From a virus (Duplodnaviria > Caudoviricetes), in the IMG/VR virus record IMGVR_UViG_3300020420_000015, positions 1 to 59,379 of that record: 59,379 nucleotides of DNA; one strand, written 5' to 3'. Positions 9,503-19,270 of this stretch are shown here, one piece after another (within the stretch, counting starts at the first letter, position 1; each line of letters opens with the position of its first letter). The notes below the pieces were generated by a model that saw nothing but the letters and a program-made list of their open reading frames with translations, was not told the origin of the DNA and did no database searches. The translations under genes and the position numbers were made by a program.

Positions 9503-9672
9503 TCATGGATTACAGAACCACACTTAGAACACTGTTCATGCCCATGCACAAAAACAGTTACAAGCTTCTCATTGCAACGTGGACAGTTACCGCAATGAAC
9601 TCTTGTTCTGGCTGTACTGTCACTGGTTTTATAAACAGGAACAGCGTATCCATTTGAGCTACCAACATACAT
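9478..9672 (-). CDS. Small Zn-ribbon protein
   Basis: CPRC...HGHEQCSKC...CC. Confidence 0.6.
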   Translation of the reverse strand: MYVGSSNGYAVPVYKTSDSTARTRVHCGNCPRCNEKLVTVFVHGHEQCSKCGSVIHDCCQGERA

Positions 9673-9929
9673 TATGATTTCCTATTTACTTTCTTTGCTG
9701 TTCTAGTCCTTGGAAAAGACCTATTAAGATTTCTAGCAACGACCCTTAGATTGCTTTTTCTATTATCTTTGGGGTTACCATTTTTATGAGCCACATCCTT
9801 CTTGTCACCCTTTTTGGCCTTACCTGCCGCAACCATTCTTCTTCGGGCTGTATTTCTGCTTACGCGACGTTTCTTTTGTTCTGTAGATGAGTGATATTTT
9901 TTGTACTCACCTTTGTAATTGCGTTTCAT
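9672..9929 (-). CDS. Small basic HNH-like protein
   Basis: RNYKGEY...DVAHKNGNPKDN..SNLRV..RNLNR. Confidence 0.6.
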   Translation of the reverse strand: MKRNYKGEYKKYHSSTEQKKRRVSRNTARRRMVAAGKAKKGDKKDVAHKNGNPKDNRKSNLRVVARNLNRSFPRTRTAKKVNRKS

Positions 9930-10078
9930 TTATGCACCTTTTGCACGGGGAAAACTGCTTTTACGCTAGCGCCTTTATGAGCCTTAAATCCACCCTTGGG
10001 ATTTTTCATTAACTTATACCCAGAGCCGTGCTTCATCCAATGAAATCCTTTTGGTGCTGTAACGCTTTTTCTTTCCAT
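9926..10078 (-). CDS. 50-aa basic protein (missing from ORF track)
   Basis: Own translation MERKSVTAPKGFHWMK...VQKVHK; fills the gap with start/stop overlaps on both sides. Confidence 0.7.
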   Translation of the reverse strand: MERKSVTAPKGFHWMKHGSGYKLMKNPKGGFKAHKGASVKAVFPVQKVHK

Positions 10079-10413
10079 TACCTAATAGTGCCTTTTGTTT
10101 TACCCTTAGATGCAATTCCGTCACGCCGCTTTTTCATGGCTCCGCCACCGTACATTCTTTGCATTTGCTGCATAGGGTCAGCCATCATTGGGTTTTTCTT
10201 TTGCTTTTGATTTTTAGCCAACATACCCGCTATGCCGCCTAAACCCATTCCACCCATTTTACTAAGAACATCTGATATTGGGCCTTTGCCTTTCATAATG
10301 CTGTACGCTGGAGAAACTGTTTCTAACAGCTTTCCCATGTTTGCTTTCATTGCAGGTTTTTTCTTTTTTCCATGTTTCACTTGCTTCTCCATAGAGGCTC
10401 TTGAGATTGGCAT
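10078..10413 (-). CDS. Small basic Met/Gly-rich protein
   Basis: MPISRASMEKQV...MYGGGAM...DGIASKGKTKG. Confidence 0.65.
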   Translation of the reverse strand: MPISRASMEKQVKHGKKKKPAMKANMGKLLETVSPAYSIMKGKGPISDVLSKMGGMGLGGIAGMLAKNQKQKKNPMMADPMQQMQRMYGGGAMKKRRDGIASKGKTKGTIR

Positions 10414-10704
10414 TTAACACTTCCACCGTCTTCTAGCTTGACGCAAGCGGCTGTTTGGATTCTTTGCCGCTTTAGGAAACTTCTTCATTTGACCAGCAGA
10501 ACGAGCGCAGAAAGACTTACGTCTCTTTGCGTCCTTACTGCCCTTTTTAACTTTGCCAGTTACAGCAGTCTTTAGCTTACTTCCGGGATTTGCTTTTCTG
10601 TAAGCGGCAACACCTTTTTTGGTCATCCCCGCCCCGCTTTTAGTGGGACGGAAATTACCAGACTTGACAGATGTTTTTATAGGGGTTTCTTTTCTTCTAG
10701 GCAC
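10414..10704 (-). CDS. Small basic protein (DUF6321-like)
   Basis: GAGMTKKGVAAYR..NPGSKLKTAV...RRKSFCARS.GQ...RWKC. Confidence 0.7.
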   Translation of the reverse strand: MPRRKETPIKTSVKSGNFRPTKSGAGMTKKGVAAYRKANPGSKLKTAVTGKVKKGSKDAKRRKSFCARSAGQMKKFPKAAKNPNSRLRQARRRWKC

Positions 10705-10714
10705 AGCCCATCCC

Positions 10715-10993
10715 CTATGACATAAACACCGTTACACTAGAACACGCAGTTAAATCCAGATAAACATCTGTTTCAAACAAAATGCCGTTGTCTGGAATGT
10801 TTACAGAGAATGTGCTAGATGTACCAAAAGCTACATCTAGTAGAGTGGTCCCACTGGAACCACCATCCTTTAAAACAACCTGCGGACTACCAGAGCCAGC
10901 CGTCACCACCTGTATTTGACGCACTCTTGCGCGTCCAGCATACACGGTGGCATCTGCTGTCTTGGTGACTGCAAATACATCGGACCTACTCAT
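10715..10993 (-). CDS. Small capsid-associated beta protein
   Basis: Operon context; IPDNGILF motif. Confidence 0.6.
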   Translation of the reverse strand: MSRSDVFAVTKTADATVYAGRARVRQIQVVTAGSGSPQVVLKDGGSSGTTLLDVAFGTSSTFSVNIPDNGILFETDVYLDLTACSSVTVFMS

Positions 10994-11002
10994 ATTAGCC
11001 TC

Positions 11003-11485
11003 CTACGAAGCGTCTGATGAGCTAGAAATACCCATAAACTTCATAACCACAGTTGTGTCTGCTCCGGGGTCACCGGACAGAACAATCTCAACCTCATCTG
11101 CTGTTTCTGTAGCGGCTGTTGTTGTGCCGCCAGACATACCCAACACACCATTACATGGGAAAAAGCCTTTGAAACCAGTTGAGTTTACTGCGGCGGCAAT
11201 GCCGTCAACAAATCCATCTGTGTCTGCGTCTGTGCCGATATCAACTAGGTTTACGTTGTTAGACGCTGCGCCTGTAACGGCGACCATAACAGCCAGAGGG
11301 ATAAAGTTTGATGGAATGCCAATAGCGGATTCTTTTCCTGTAGTAGCACCACTGGCAACTGTTACAGTAGCAGTGTAAACAGAAAGTGTCATCTCACTGG
11401 TAAGGTCACCAGTTGTCGCGCTTTTAATAACATTTTTGAAACCGTTTTCTGAGCGGACGGGACCGCTAAAAGTTGTATTAGCCAT
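11003..11485 (-). CDS. Putative capsid decoration protein
   Basis: MANTTFSGPVRS N-terminus; directly downstream of capsid gene; AAGGAG SD. Confidence 0.55.
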   Translation of the reverse strand: MANTTFSGPVRSENGFKNVIKSATTGDLTSEMTLSVYTATVTVASGATTGKESAIGIPSNFIPLAVMVAVTGAASNNVNLVDIGTDADTDGFVDGIAAAVNSTGFKGFFPCNGVLGMSGGTTTAATETADEVEIVLSGDPGADTTVVMKFMGISSSSDAS

Positions 11486-11537
11486 ATTAACTCCTTGTCG
11501 TGGCTAGTGTCAGCATAAGCTGTCAAGGTTATAAATC

Positions 11538-11546
11538 ATTATAACA
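11538..11546 (-). promoter_or_regulatory. Extended -10 promoter element (TGnTATAAT)
   Basis: Minus strand TGTTATAAT just after the capsid terminator, ~50 nt upstream of the ATG at 11485. Confidence 0.5.
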
Positions 11547-11574
11547 AAAGAAAGGGCGACCCGAAAGCCGCCCC
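11546..11574 (-). terminator. Intrinsic terminator after major capsid gene
   Basis: Minus strand GGGCGGC-TTTCGG-GTCGCCC followed by TTTCTTTT. Confidence 0.8.
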
Positions 11575-11600
11575 ATCTAAAAGTTTATACCATAGTACAA

Positions 11601-12506
11601 TTAAGCTCCGGGTGAGCCGTAAATGCCTAATGGGTCGGACACACCGAAGCTGTAACGCTCACGAGCTTTGTAGCGAACATTGCCTGTGTCAAAGTCACCA
11701 TCCATAGATGTTGACATTGGTGTACGGACAAAGTGCTTCATGCCGTTCGGCACATCGGTTGTCAGGAAGAACGCATCGTTGTCAGTCAGGTAGTGATTGA
11801 CACGGAAGCCTTCTGGAATCGAACCGTTTGACCGAATAGCGTTGATGTCGTTATCGGCTGTGCCGACACGCAAATCTGTCTGTAATAGACGAGTTGCAAC
11901 AAACATCAATGCTGGTGGAATAACCAACTTGCGTGGACGAGCGGCAATCAACAGGCCGCGCTCATCAACGAATGCGGCAATATTAATAACTGCTTCTTCC
12001 AAAGAAGTCTCGTTCAAGTCAGCATTTGTGCTTGGACGATTTGAGTTAGTTCCACCCTGTACAGTCGGGTGAGAAGCATTAAACAATGTTACCCCATCAC
12101 CTGATTGAAAGGTGGTGAAACCATTGTTTAGCAGCGCGGCGGCTTTTACCTGCTTGGTATATGCCATCGCACGGGCAAGAGACTTTGTATAACGTGCTGA
12201 AAGCGCATCGTACAAATTATCTTCCATTGCTTCTTCAGTTACAGAAAAGCCCATTGCCACAGTTTCGTGGTTGTAACGGGCTGTGAAGGATTCCTGTGCG
12301 CTGTCAAACGAAATCGCTGACCCCTCCGGTTTTACGGGAGCGGCTCCGAAACCAGACAGCTTTACTTCTTCCTCGAAGCTACGCTCTGATGTTTCAGTTT
12401 CATAGATTTCTGCGTGTTCATTTTCATACTTTTCGTATTCCAAACCGAACAGTGCGTTAAGACCCGGTAACAGTTCCTTCAGGAGTTGTGCGCGTGTAAT
12501 AGCCAT
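11601..12506 (-). CDS. Major capsid protein
   Basis: MAITRAQLLKELLPGLNALFG...SERSFEEEV...GDGVTLF...P.KLVIP...YKARERYSFG; 301 aa after scaffold, followed by terminator. Confidence 0.88.
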   Translation of the reverse strand: MAITRAQLLKELLPGLNALFGLEYEKYENEHAEIYETETSERSFEEEVKLSGFGAAPVKPEGSAISFDSAQESFTARYNHETVAMGFSVTEEAMEDNLYDALSARYTKSLARAMAYTKQVKAAALLNNGFTTFQSGDGVTLFNASHPTVQGGTNSNRPSTNADLNETSLEEAVINIAAFVDERGLLIAARPRKLVIPPALMFVATRLLQTDLRVGTADNDINAIRSNGSIPEGFRVNHYLTDNDAFFLTTDVPNGMKHFVRTPMSTSMDGDFDTGNVRYKARERYSFGVSDPLGIYGSPGA

Positions 12507-12516
12507 TTTCTACTCC

Positions 12517-13119
12517 TTACGCCGAACCAGTTGCAAGTGCATGCTGGTGGTAATTGAACTTACATACCAGAATGGGGAAAGACGTACCTTTCTCGTCACC
12601 TTGGTCACCACCAAGATAATCAATAACCCGAATTGGGTTTTGAGCATCTGTGCTGAGTTCGGAAATGTCCAACGCTACACGGCTAATTTTCAGTGAAGTG
12701 TTTGGAGCAGTTTGAACGAGAAGAGTGTTCTTGCCATAGATATCACCTGTGTTTGTCGGCGCACCATCCGCTTGGATAGTGAACAGAACATTCGGGTCAT
12801 CTACGACATACGCCATAATATCAGAAGCAGCAGTGCTTGCTGGATATAGCTGGCTGAACGTCTTTTGATTGGTGTTCGGGTCTGTGTACGAACACCCCAT
12901 GAAGATACCAACGATATCGATTTCAGTCGAATCATCGCCAGTAGCGGACTGCTTTTCGATTGTAGTGGCTGTGCCACCGTCAACTAGGTGAACAATATCG
13001 CCTGTGGCAATCGCAGTACCATAGCCAGAGGCTATTGGATACTGGCGGAAAACCTCAAGAGAACCACTGTCAAGACGACCAATCGGGCGCAGACCGAAGG
13101 GAGCGGCAGTTGAAGACAT
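12517..13119 (-). CDS. Capsid-associated (cement/minor head) protein
   Basis: APFGLRP...GD.V...GIFMGCSYTDP...DDPNVLF; immediately upstream of capsid gene. Confidence 0.6.
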   Translation of the reverse strand: MSSTAAPFGLRPIGRLDSGSLEVFRQYPIASGYGTAIATGDIVHLVDGGTATTIEKQSATGDDSTEIDIVGIFMGCSYTDPNTNQKTFSQLYPASTAASDIMAYVVDDPNVLFTIQADGAPTNTGDIYGKNTLLVQTAPNTSLKISRVALDISELSTDAQNPIRVIDYLGGDQGDEKGTSFPILVCKFNYHQHALATGSA

Positions 13120-13176
13120 TTGCTTATTCCTCTCTTCTATCTAGCCATTAACATAACGGTAAGCGCCTAATTAAAG

Positions 13177-13620
13177 TTACTTACCAAACGAAGTTTTCGT
13201 AGACCGTTCTGGTTGTAGAACAGGCATACGAGGGTCAGATTGACGTAGATAATTATTATCTACAGATTCTATCTGTTGTGCGTTCATCTCATCGTGTGCA
13301 TCACGACGAGATTCTGCAAATTCGGTCGAGTTCTCGCAAAGTAGCAAGCCTCCAACCTCAACATTACCTTCAAATCGAGAGTCGATATCAGGCAACACTT
13401 GTAATTCAGGATGGTCCTCTGCCTTAACTGGCGTCCAACCCTCACGAAATTTAGATGACACATTGGTGTTGTCAGCCTGCCCTAAAGTAGATGTGCGTAC
13501 CCAGCGGTATTCAACACCGTCGCGGGGTTCGGGGGTAGGTAACATGGTCGGTCTTTGCCAAGTTTTTTTACGAGCTTCGTTGTCACGAGACTTGTTTGAG
13601 CGTGGGGTTCTGTCAGACAT
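13177..13620 (-). CDS. Conserved head-module protein
   Basis: YRWVR...N...KFREGW.PV...VGGLLLC; between scaffold and capsid genes. Confidence 0.65.
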   Translation of the reverse strand: MSDRTPRSNKSRDNEARKKTWQRPTMLPTPEPRDGVEYRWVRTSTLGQADNTNVSSKFREGWTPVKAEDHPELQVLPDIDSRFEGNVEVGGLLLCENSTEFAESRRDAHDEMNAQQIESVDNNYLRQSDPRMPVLQPERSTKTSFGK

Positions 13621-14548
13621 TAGATGCCTCCTTCAAGAGTTGCGCCGCATATTGTTCTGCCGTAAGGCCAAGGCGCTTGGCGAGAGCGACTTGTGTTGAG
13701 GTTAATTGCACTCTGCGTGGTTTTTTTCCACTCCGCTGTGCGGGGGCAACCACGGAACCAGTTTGACGAACAGGTGCTTCTTCCTCAATTATCTGTTCAC
13801 CAAACTTGTCTGGGAATCGTTGACGCATTGAAGCGTCAATACGATTATAATATTCATCTGCTTGCGTCTTTGGATTTAAGCCTTCTTTTACCAGCTTTTC
13901 ATGTAATCCAAATGCATAACCTGTCATTTCAGAGTCTTCACCAAACCAAGAGTTTTCAGATGCCCATGCTTTTGTTTTGGTATCTAGCTCAGGAATCTTT
14001 TGTTTTGTTGGCGGAGCCTCTTCCGGAACAGTCTCCTCTTTTGGTGGTGTATAAGAGTCAACCCTAAACTTTTCGTTTTGAAGACTGTTAAGCTTTGTAT
14101 TTGCATCTAACAGTTTATCTGGGTCACCACTCTCATAAGCCTCCTTATATTCTTTTTTGGCCTGCTCTATTTGGGCATCAACTCTACCCTTGGCCTGCTC
14201 TACTAAAACACCCTCGCCTTCTTGTATTGTTTTGCGAAGTTTTTTATTATCTTCATATAATTTTTTGGCATAACCGACTGCTTCTTCTTGCAGTCTTGCG
14301 GCCTCTTCTTTTGCCCGTCGCTCCTCGTGAAACTCATATTTTAATTGCTTAATGCGCTTTTGCACATTTTCGCTATAGTTTGAGATTTCATCATCTTCTG
14401 GAATTTGCGGTTCCGCATCTTCCGCACGGCGAGGCTTTCCTTTGTCTTGCTCAGGTGTGTCATCTATAATGTCCACCTCAAGCTCAACATTGTTTTCCAA
14501 TTCTACCTCAGTACCCTCTTCTAGCTTTTCTGCTGTATTCGTATTCAT
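13613..14548 (-). CDS. Putative capsid scaffolding protein
   Basis: Acidic coiled coil; C-terminal LTSTQVALAKRLGLT.EQYA; position between portal and capsid. Confidence 0.7.
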   Translation of the reverse strand: MNTNTAEKLEEGTEVELENNVELEVDIIDDTPEQDKGKPRRAEDAEPQIPEDDEISNYSENVQKRIKQLKYEFHEERRAKEEAARLQEEAVGYAKKLYEDNKKLRKTIQEGEGVLVEQAKGRVDAQIEQAKKEYKEAYESGDPDKLLDANTKLNSLQNEKFRVDSYTPPKEETVPEEAPPTKQKIPELDTKTKAWASENSWFGEDSEMTGYAFGLHEKLVKEGLNPKTQADEYYNRIDASMRQRFPDKFGEQIIEEEAPVRQTGSVVAPAQRSGKKPRRVQLTSTQVALAKRLGLTAEQYAAQLLKEASNV

Positions 14549-14913
14549 GCTCTTGTGTATCCCCTTGGGTCTTCGACAACTGCTTCCACAGTGTCATCGT
14601 TAATAAGACGAAACTCCTGTTTTTCAATCTTAAATCTTGTGCCTGAATAAGACCGAAAAATAACGAAGTCACCTTCTTTGCAATACGGACCATTCGGAAA
14701 CTTATCTTTGTCCCCGTATGCGTCTGGCCCAGCTTTAACAACAAAGCCAATAACTGACGCGGTTTGTTCCGCTTGCTTTAAAGCATCAGGCATATAAATG
14801 CCTGCATCTGTCTTTTCTTTAACCTCAAGTGGTTGTATCAAGAGTTTATACCCAGTGGGTTCGGGTATTTTGGTTGCGACTTTTTGGTCGACTTCTTTTT
14901 TTGCAGAATACAT
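14545..14913 (-). CDS. groES: Co-chaperonin GroES (cpn10)
   Basis: P.GYKLLI...KTDAGIYMP...G.VVKAGP...GDFVIF..YSGT...LINDD.V.AVV. Confidence 0.9.
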   Translation of the reverse strand: MYSAKKEVDQKVATKIPEPTGYKLLIQPLEVKEKTDAGIYMPDALKQAEQTASVIGFVVKAGPDAYGDKDKFPNGPYCKEGDFVIFRSYSGTRFKIEKQEFRLINDDTVEAVVEDPRGYTRA

Positions 14914-15012
14914 CTGTTTTCCTTGCAGTGATTTAGGTTCACAGTACCTTGCAGGCTTTGCCTGAAAGTCTCCACTAACGAATATATAGCATATAAATGC
15001 TTTACGGAACCC

Positions 15013-15189
15013 CTACTCTTCTTCTAATCTTTTTTCCAAATCTAATATATCACGTTCAACTAGGGCTAAAGCCTCAACTTTACCGACAAGTCGAATATAT
15101 TCTTCATGGTCCTGACATCCACCACCAGCCATGTGGTCGGCTATGTCATTCATATAAATTCTAATTTTATCCCTTATCACTTCCAGCAT
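15013..15189 (-). CDS. 58-aa helical protein (missing from ORF track)
   Basis: Own translation MLEVIRDKIRIYMNDIADHMAGGG...EKRLEEE; overlaps end of portal gene. Confidence 0.7.
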   Translation of the reverse strand: MLEVIRDKIRIYMNDIADHMAGGGCQDHEEYIRLVGKVEALALVERDILDLEKRLEEE

Positions 15190-17614
15190 CATCTATCTCC
15201 TCTGTGATTGTTTTGCCAAGCTCAATTCCATATCTCAGGTCTTCGCGCTGTCCCTCATAACGTGTTTTTGCCAAGTCCATTCCAAGTCTTGCACCCTCAC
15301 GCCGCTCTTCAGACTCAATGCGCTCTTCTTGAACCGCGATATTGGCCGCAGATTTATTCATATCTGATTGCAACTTAGCCAAATCAAGTTGCTGTTTGTG
15401 TTGGAACTCAGCTTCTTTAAGGGCAATTTCACGTTGTTGTATTTGTGTAAGCGGGTCTTGCTCCTGCTTTCTTGCCTCTTCTTCAGCCATTTCAGCTTGA
15501 TTTTGATTTAAAAGCTTTCCTGCCGCTTGTGCCGCAAGCCTAGAAATTTCTATCTCTATATCTTCTGGCAAAGGCTTGTCCTCACTAGGCATTCCCACAC
15601 CAAGATTTTTTTCTATTTCTTTTCTATACTGGAAAGCCACATGCTCAGTTATGTGTGCTGACAAAGCTGCCTGTATCGCTCCAGCAAAAGGTGACTGCCC
15701 TACAATCTCTTGTAGCTTGGGGTCCTGAGCGGCAGCAATGTGAACCTGTATGTGCGCCTCATGGTCCTGATATTTAAATGCCTTTACAGGCTCCTGTTTC
15801 AGAATAGCCATGTTTTCAGTAACAGGGTCTGAAGCCTTTACATCATCTGGTAGCTTTACGATTTGGTCTGCGTCTTTGATTCCAAGCACTTCGAGCATTT
15901 GACGATGCAGCTTACCCATGTCATAGAGATTCGGAGCCTGTTGAGCAAGTTGCATAGCCGCCTGATATTGCACGACTCTTTGTGACATGGTTGCGGCGTT
16001 GGGGTCGGAAACCGGGATAATATCAACCCTATCATCGAAATCCTCCTGACGATTAAAGTTTTCTTCTAACTGATAAGAATAGCTTGGCCCCATATAATCT
16101 TTTATTATTTTGCCCAGTATTCTAAGTTCTTTTTTGAGAGCCGCATGAAGGCGAGCCTGAACACCAGACATTACCTTCATGGAACGCTCCATTAACGCGA
16201 GCGTAGTTCCGACCGGAGCTTGCGGGTTGAGGTTTCCAACTTGTACATCAGCAACGGAGCCAATCCTTCTCCCCTCTTCCACGATATTTCCGAGAAGCTG
16301 GTATAATACTGATGATGGCTCCTTGTAAGGAAGGAATGCAATCGAGTCCCTAATTGCACCCCCCGGCACGTCCACGTCGCGGAATTCACCCGGCATGAGA
16401 GGCGAATCGTCACCTTTAATACGTAGTCCGCGAGCCTTAAGACCAGCGGGGAGATTAGAGAGTGTACCCGCATCAATAAGTTGGCGCAGAATACTTGTGG
16501 CACTTTTAGCAAGACCACCAATAAGATGAATAAGACCCGTTCCATAGAACCCAAGTCCCGGCAGGTATCTGTAGTGAACAAAGTGTTGTCTCTTACGCTT
16601 TTTAGAATCTTCCTCATACCAATTTCTCCTTATTGATAAAATGGTTAGGCTGGACTTGTCCACCGTCACCACATAAGGTCTTGCAATGCCATCAGCATCC
16701 TCAAATGGCTCTGGTAAATTTAAGTCAGCGTGAATCTCCAAAATCGTGTGTCTGTCATCATCCTCAAGAACGGCGGTTTCTCCATCAATCTCATCATACT
16801 TCTCTTGGATATCTGATTGGTCTGGCTCTGGGTCAGGTAACTCCACATCAGTATAAAAGCCATTAACCTGTAGCTCTATAATTTCATTTGCAGTCTTCTT
16901 CATCACATGTGTATATCGTGGCGCAGTCATAAGGTCTGACGCACCGTAAGAAACAACAAAATCTTCTGCTGGAACAAACATGGCGCAAGGACGCTCCATG
17001 ATTGGGTCATAGTAAACTTTTTTAAACGCAGAGCCTGCCAAAGGTAATCGAAACAGCATTTGTTCTGTTTCTTCTCGATATTCTGTCATCTCCTCTGTAA
17101 GAAGATAATTCATTTCTGTTTCTACACGGGTGGCCTGCTCCATTTTCTCTGGGTCACGCTTTCCCATAACTTTTGTACGCACTGGGCCAGCGGCAGGAAA
17201 CAATTCTCCCATAGCCTGTGCCTGAAAACGAACAACAGCCTCTGTCAACACTGGATGAAAAACACCAGCCGCGCCTGCCCAAGGCTGTGTGCGCTCTTCA
17301 ATCTTCATGCCAAGAAGGTCTAAGCCCTTGACGTAAGACCTAGCCCACTCTTTTCTAGACTCACGGTCAGCAACAAAATCATCAACTAATTCAGAAGCAA
17401 GAGAATCTAGCTCTCCTTCTTCCATATACTCAGCCAAGTTAGCATCATGCCCCGGCCCCATAATGGACTCAGCAACTTCACCCGTAAAATCAATAACCAT
17501 AGACTCATCTTCGGATTGAACGCTAACCATGTCTGGGTTTACTATTTCAACCTCAACTTCTGGAGCGTCTTCTATATCCAGATTTGCTGGACTCATTTGC
17601 TTTTCTACAGCCAT
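15167..17614 (-). CDS. Portal protein
   Basis: 815 aa downstream of terL; HP.L.EAVVRFQA, GSAFKKVYYD, PGLGFYG.GL, APVGTT motifs; coiled-coil C-terminus. Confidence 0.88.
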   Translation of the reverse strand: MAVEKQMSPANLDIEDAPEVEVEIVNPDMVSVQSEDESMVIDFTGEVAESIMGPGHDANLAEYMEEGELDSLASELVDDFVADRESRKEWARSYVKGLDLLGMKIEERTQPWAGAAGVFHPVLTEAVVRFQAQAMGELFPAAGPVRTKVMGKRDPEKMEQATRVETEMNYLLTEEMTEYREETEQMLFRLPLAGSAFKKVYYDPIMERPCAMFVPAEDFVVSYGASDLMTAPRYTHVMKKTANEIIELQVNGFYTDVELPDPEPDQSDIQEKYDEIDGETAVLEDDDRHTILEIHADLNLPEPFEDADGIARPYVVTVDKSSLTILSIRRNWYEEDSKKRKRQHFVHYRYLPGLGFYGTGLIHLIGGLAKSATSILRQLIDAGTLSNLPAGLKARGLRIKGDDSPLMPGEFRDVDVPGGAIRDSIAFLPYKEPSSVLYQLLGNIVEEGRRIGSVADVQVGNLNPQAPVGTTLALMERSMKVMSGVQARLHAALKKELRILGKIIKDYMGPSYSYQLEENFNRQEDFDDRVDIIPVSDPNAATMSQRVVQYQAAMQLAQQAPNLYDMGKLHRQMLEVLGIKDADQIVKLPDDVKASDPVTENMAILKQEPVKAFKYQDHEAHIQVHIAAAQDPKLQEIVGQSPFAGAIQAALSAHITEHVAFQYRKEIEKNLGVGMPSEDKPLPEDIEIEISRLAAQAAGKLLNQNQAEMAEEEARKQEQDPLTQIQQREIALKEAEFQHKQQLDLAKLQSDMNKSAANIAVQEERIESEERREGARLGMDLAKTRYEGQREDLRYGIELGKTITEEIDDAGSDKG

Positions 17615-17619
17615 GATAC

Positions 17620-17811
17620 TTATTCCTGTGAGTTTTCTAATTTTTGCATAATAACAGAATATCTACCGTGATGACAGTCTGAGAGGTCGCTTACAACAAA
17701 CCAACCTTTTTCTTCGTAAATTTTTATTTCGTGATGCCCAACATATCTGACAATAATTTTTTTAGTAATACTCCACGGGTCTTTTGTATTTTGGCTCGTC
17801 ATCCCACTCAT
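17620..17811 (-). CDS. Hypothetical protein
   Basis: Fills terL-portal gap; start uncertain. Confidence 0.45.
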   Translation of the reverse strand: MSGMTSQNTKDPWSITKKIIVRYVGHHEIKIYEEKGWFVVSDLSDCHHGRYSVIMQKLENSQE

Positions 17812-19270
17812 CCATAACGCTTCTTATCCATCCACCTTGACGGAATCTCAACAAAGCCTGAGTTGTGGAGTCAACCAAGTCATCATTTTCTCCCGTAGGG
17901 AATGCCGCACACTCTTCTATTACTTCTTCCGCCCATCTTGTATGTGGCGTCCACACAACGCCAGAGGCGAACAGGTCTGTTACGGCATTCACCCTAGCTA
18001 TTTTATCCTGCCCACGGGACGGTGTAAACTCAGTCACAGGTATTCCCATGGCCCTTAATTCAAAAATCAACGGGGAGCCTGCGGCCTTTGCTTCAACAAT
18101 CATCTGGTCAGGTTCAAACTCCCAGTATTTATCATAGGCGGCTCTTTTTAATTCTGGAAACTCTAGCTTTTCTTTATACGCATCCAGCAGAATTAAATTA
18201 GGAACGGTTTCCCCTTGGTCATTAGGGTGGTTAAATATACCCCATGTTGTACAAGCACTGTAGTCTGCCCGTTGTGTTTTTAAGAAGGCCGTATCCCAAC
18301 TTTGTATTATGGCCTCACACGGTGGCGGATTCTCATATTCCCACTCTTGCCACCATTCTCTTTTTATTAATGCACCCTCTTCAGCAGTTGGGTCTTGTTG
18401 ATATTGGGCTGACCATTTGGAAATCGGGAGTTCGGCCTTTAATGCCTCTAGCTGGTCTACAGGCCAAAACTCAGGCCAAAGCGGTTCACCGGACGGCATT
18501 ATTGCCGGAAGCTCAATTACTTCCCACTCATCCGCACCCTCTCTTTGCGTGGCTGACTTTACGATTTGACCAGTTAAATCTTTTACAGACCAACGGGTCA
18601 TAACAATAATTATTGCCCCTCCCGGCTGGAGTCTTTGTCTTGGTCCTGATGTATACCATTCGTATACCTTGTCGTAGACTTCCGTGTTGTAAGCCCCCAA
18701 TGCCGCCTCTTGTTCCGAATGGGGGTCATCAATAATGAGAACATCAGCACCTTTACCAGTGACCGCACCGCCAACACCAATCGCAAAGTAATCTCCTTTT
18801 TTGTTTGTGTTCCAACGACCAGCAGCCTTTGAATCTGCTGATAGAGATATTCCGGGAAACACCTCTTGAAAATCTTCTTGGTTGATTAGGTTTCTAACCT
18901 TACGACCAAAACCCACAGCAAGCTCTGCGGTGTGCGCTGTCTGAATAATTTTTTTCTCTGGGTATCTTCCTAAAAACCAAGCGGGAAATAAATATGATGC
19001 AAACTCTGACTTGGTATGTCGTGGGGGCATGTTAATAATCAGGCGCTTTAGCTCTCCATTTGCTACACGCTCAAATGCATTTGCCATGATTTGATGATGT
19101 CTTCCGTTTATAAATGCAGGCCATACCCTGTTTACAAACTGTAGGAAGTCACTTCTAGCGCCCTCACGAGACTTTGCTTCCTCAAGCTCGCTTAATAGCT
19201 CTAGTATCTCATTCTTCTTTTGCGGGGGAAGTTGAGCTATCTTTTGCTTTACTGCTGATAATGTACTCAT
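17762..19270 (-). CDS. terL: Terminase large subunit
   Basis: INMPPRHTKS (Walker A), LIIDDP (Walker B), MTRW, SWDTA and DDLVDS nuclease motifs. Confidence 0.95.
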   Translation of the reverse strand: MSTLSAVKQKIAQLPPQKKNEILELLSELEEAKSREGARSDFLQFVNRVWPAFINGRHHQIMANAFERVANGELKRLIINMPPRHTKSEFASYLFPAWFLGRYPEKKIIQTAHTAELAVGFGRKVRNLINQEDFQEVFPGISLSADSKAAGRWNTNKKGDYFAIGVGGAVTGKGADVLIIDDPHSEQEAALGAYNTEVYDKVYEWYTSGPRQRLQPGGAIIIVMTRWSVKDLTGQIVKSATQREGADEWEVIELPAIMPSGEPLWPEFWPVDQLEALKAELPISKWSAQYQQDPTAEEGALIKREWWQEWEYENPPPCEAIIQSWDTAFLKTQRADYSACTTWGIFNHPNDQGETVPNLILLDAYKEKLEFPELKRAAYDKYWEFEPDQMIVEAKAAGSPLIFELRAMGIPVTEFTPSRGQDKIARVNAVTDLFASGVVWTPHTRWAEEVIEECAAFPTGENDDLVDSTTQALLRFRQGGWIRSVMDEWDDEPKYKRPVEYY

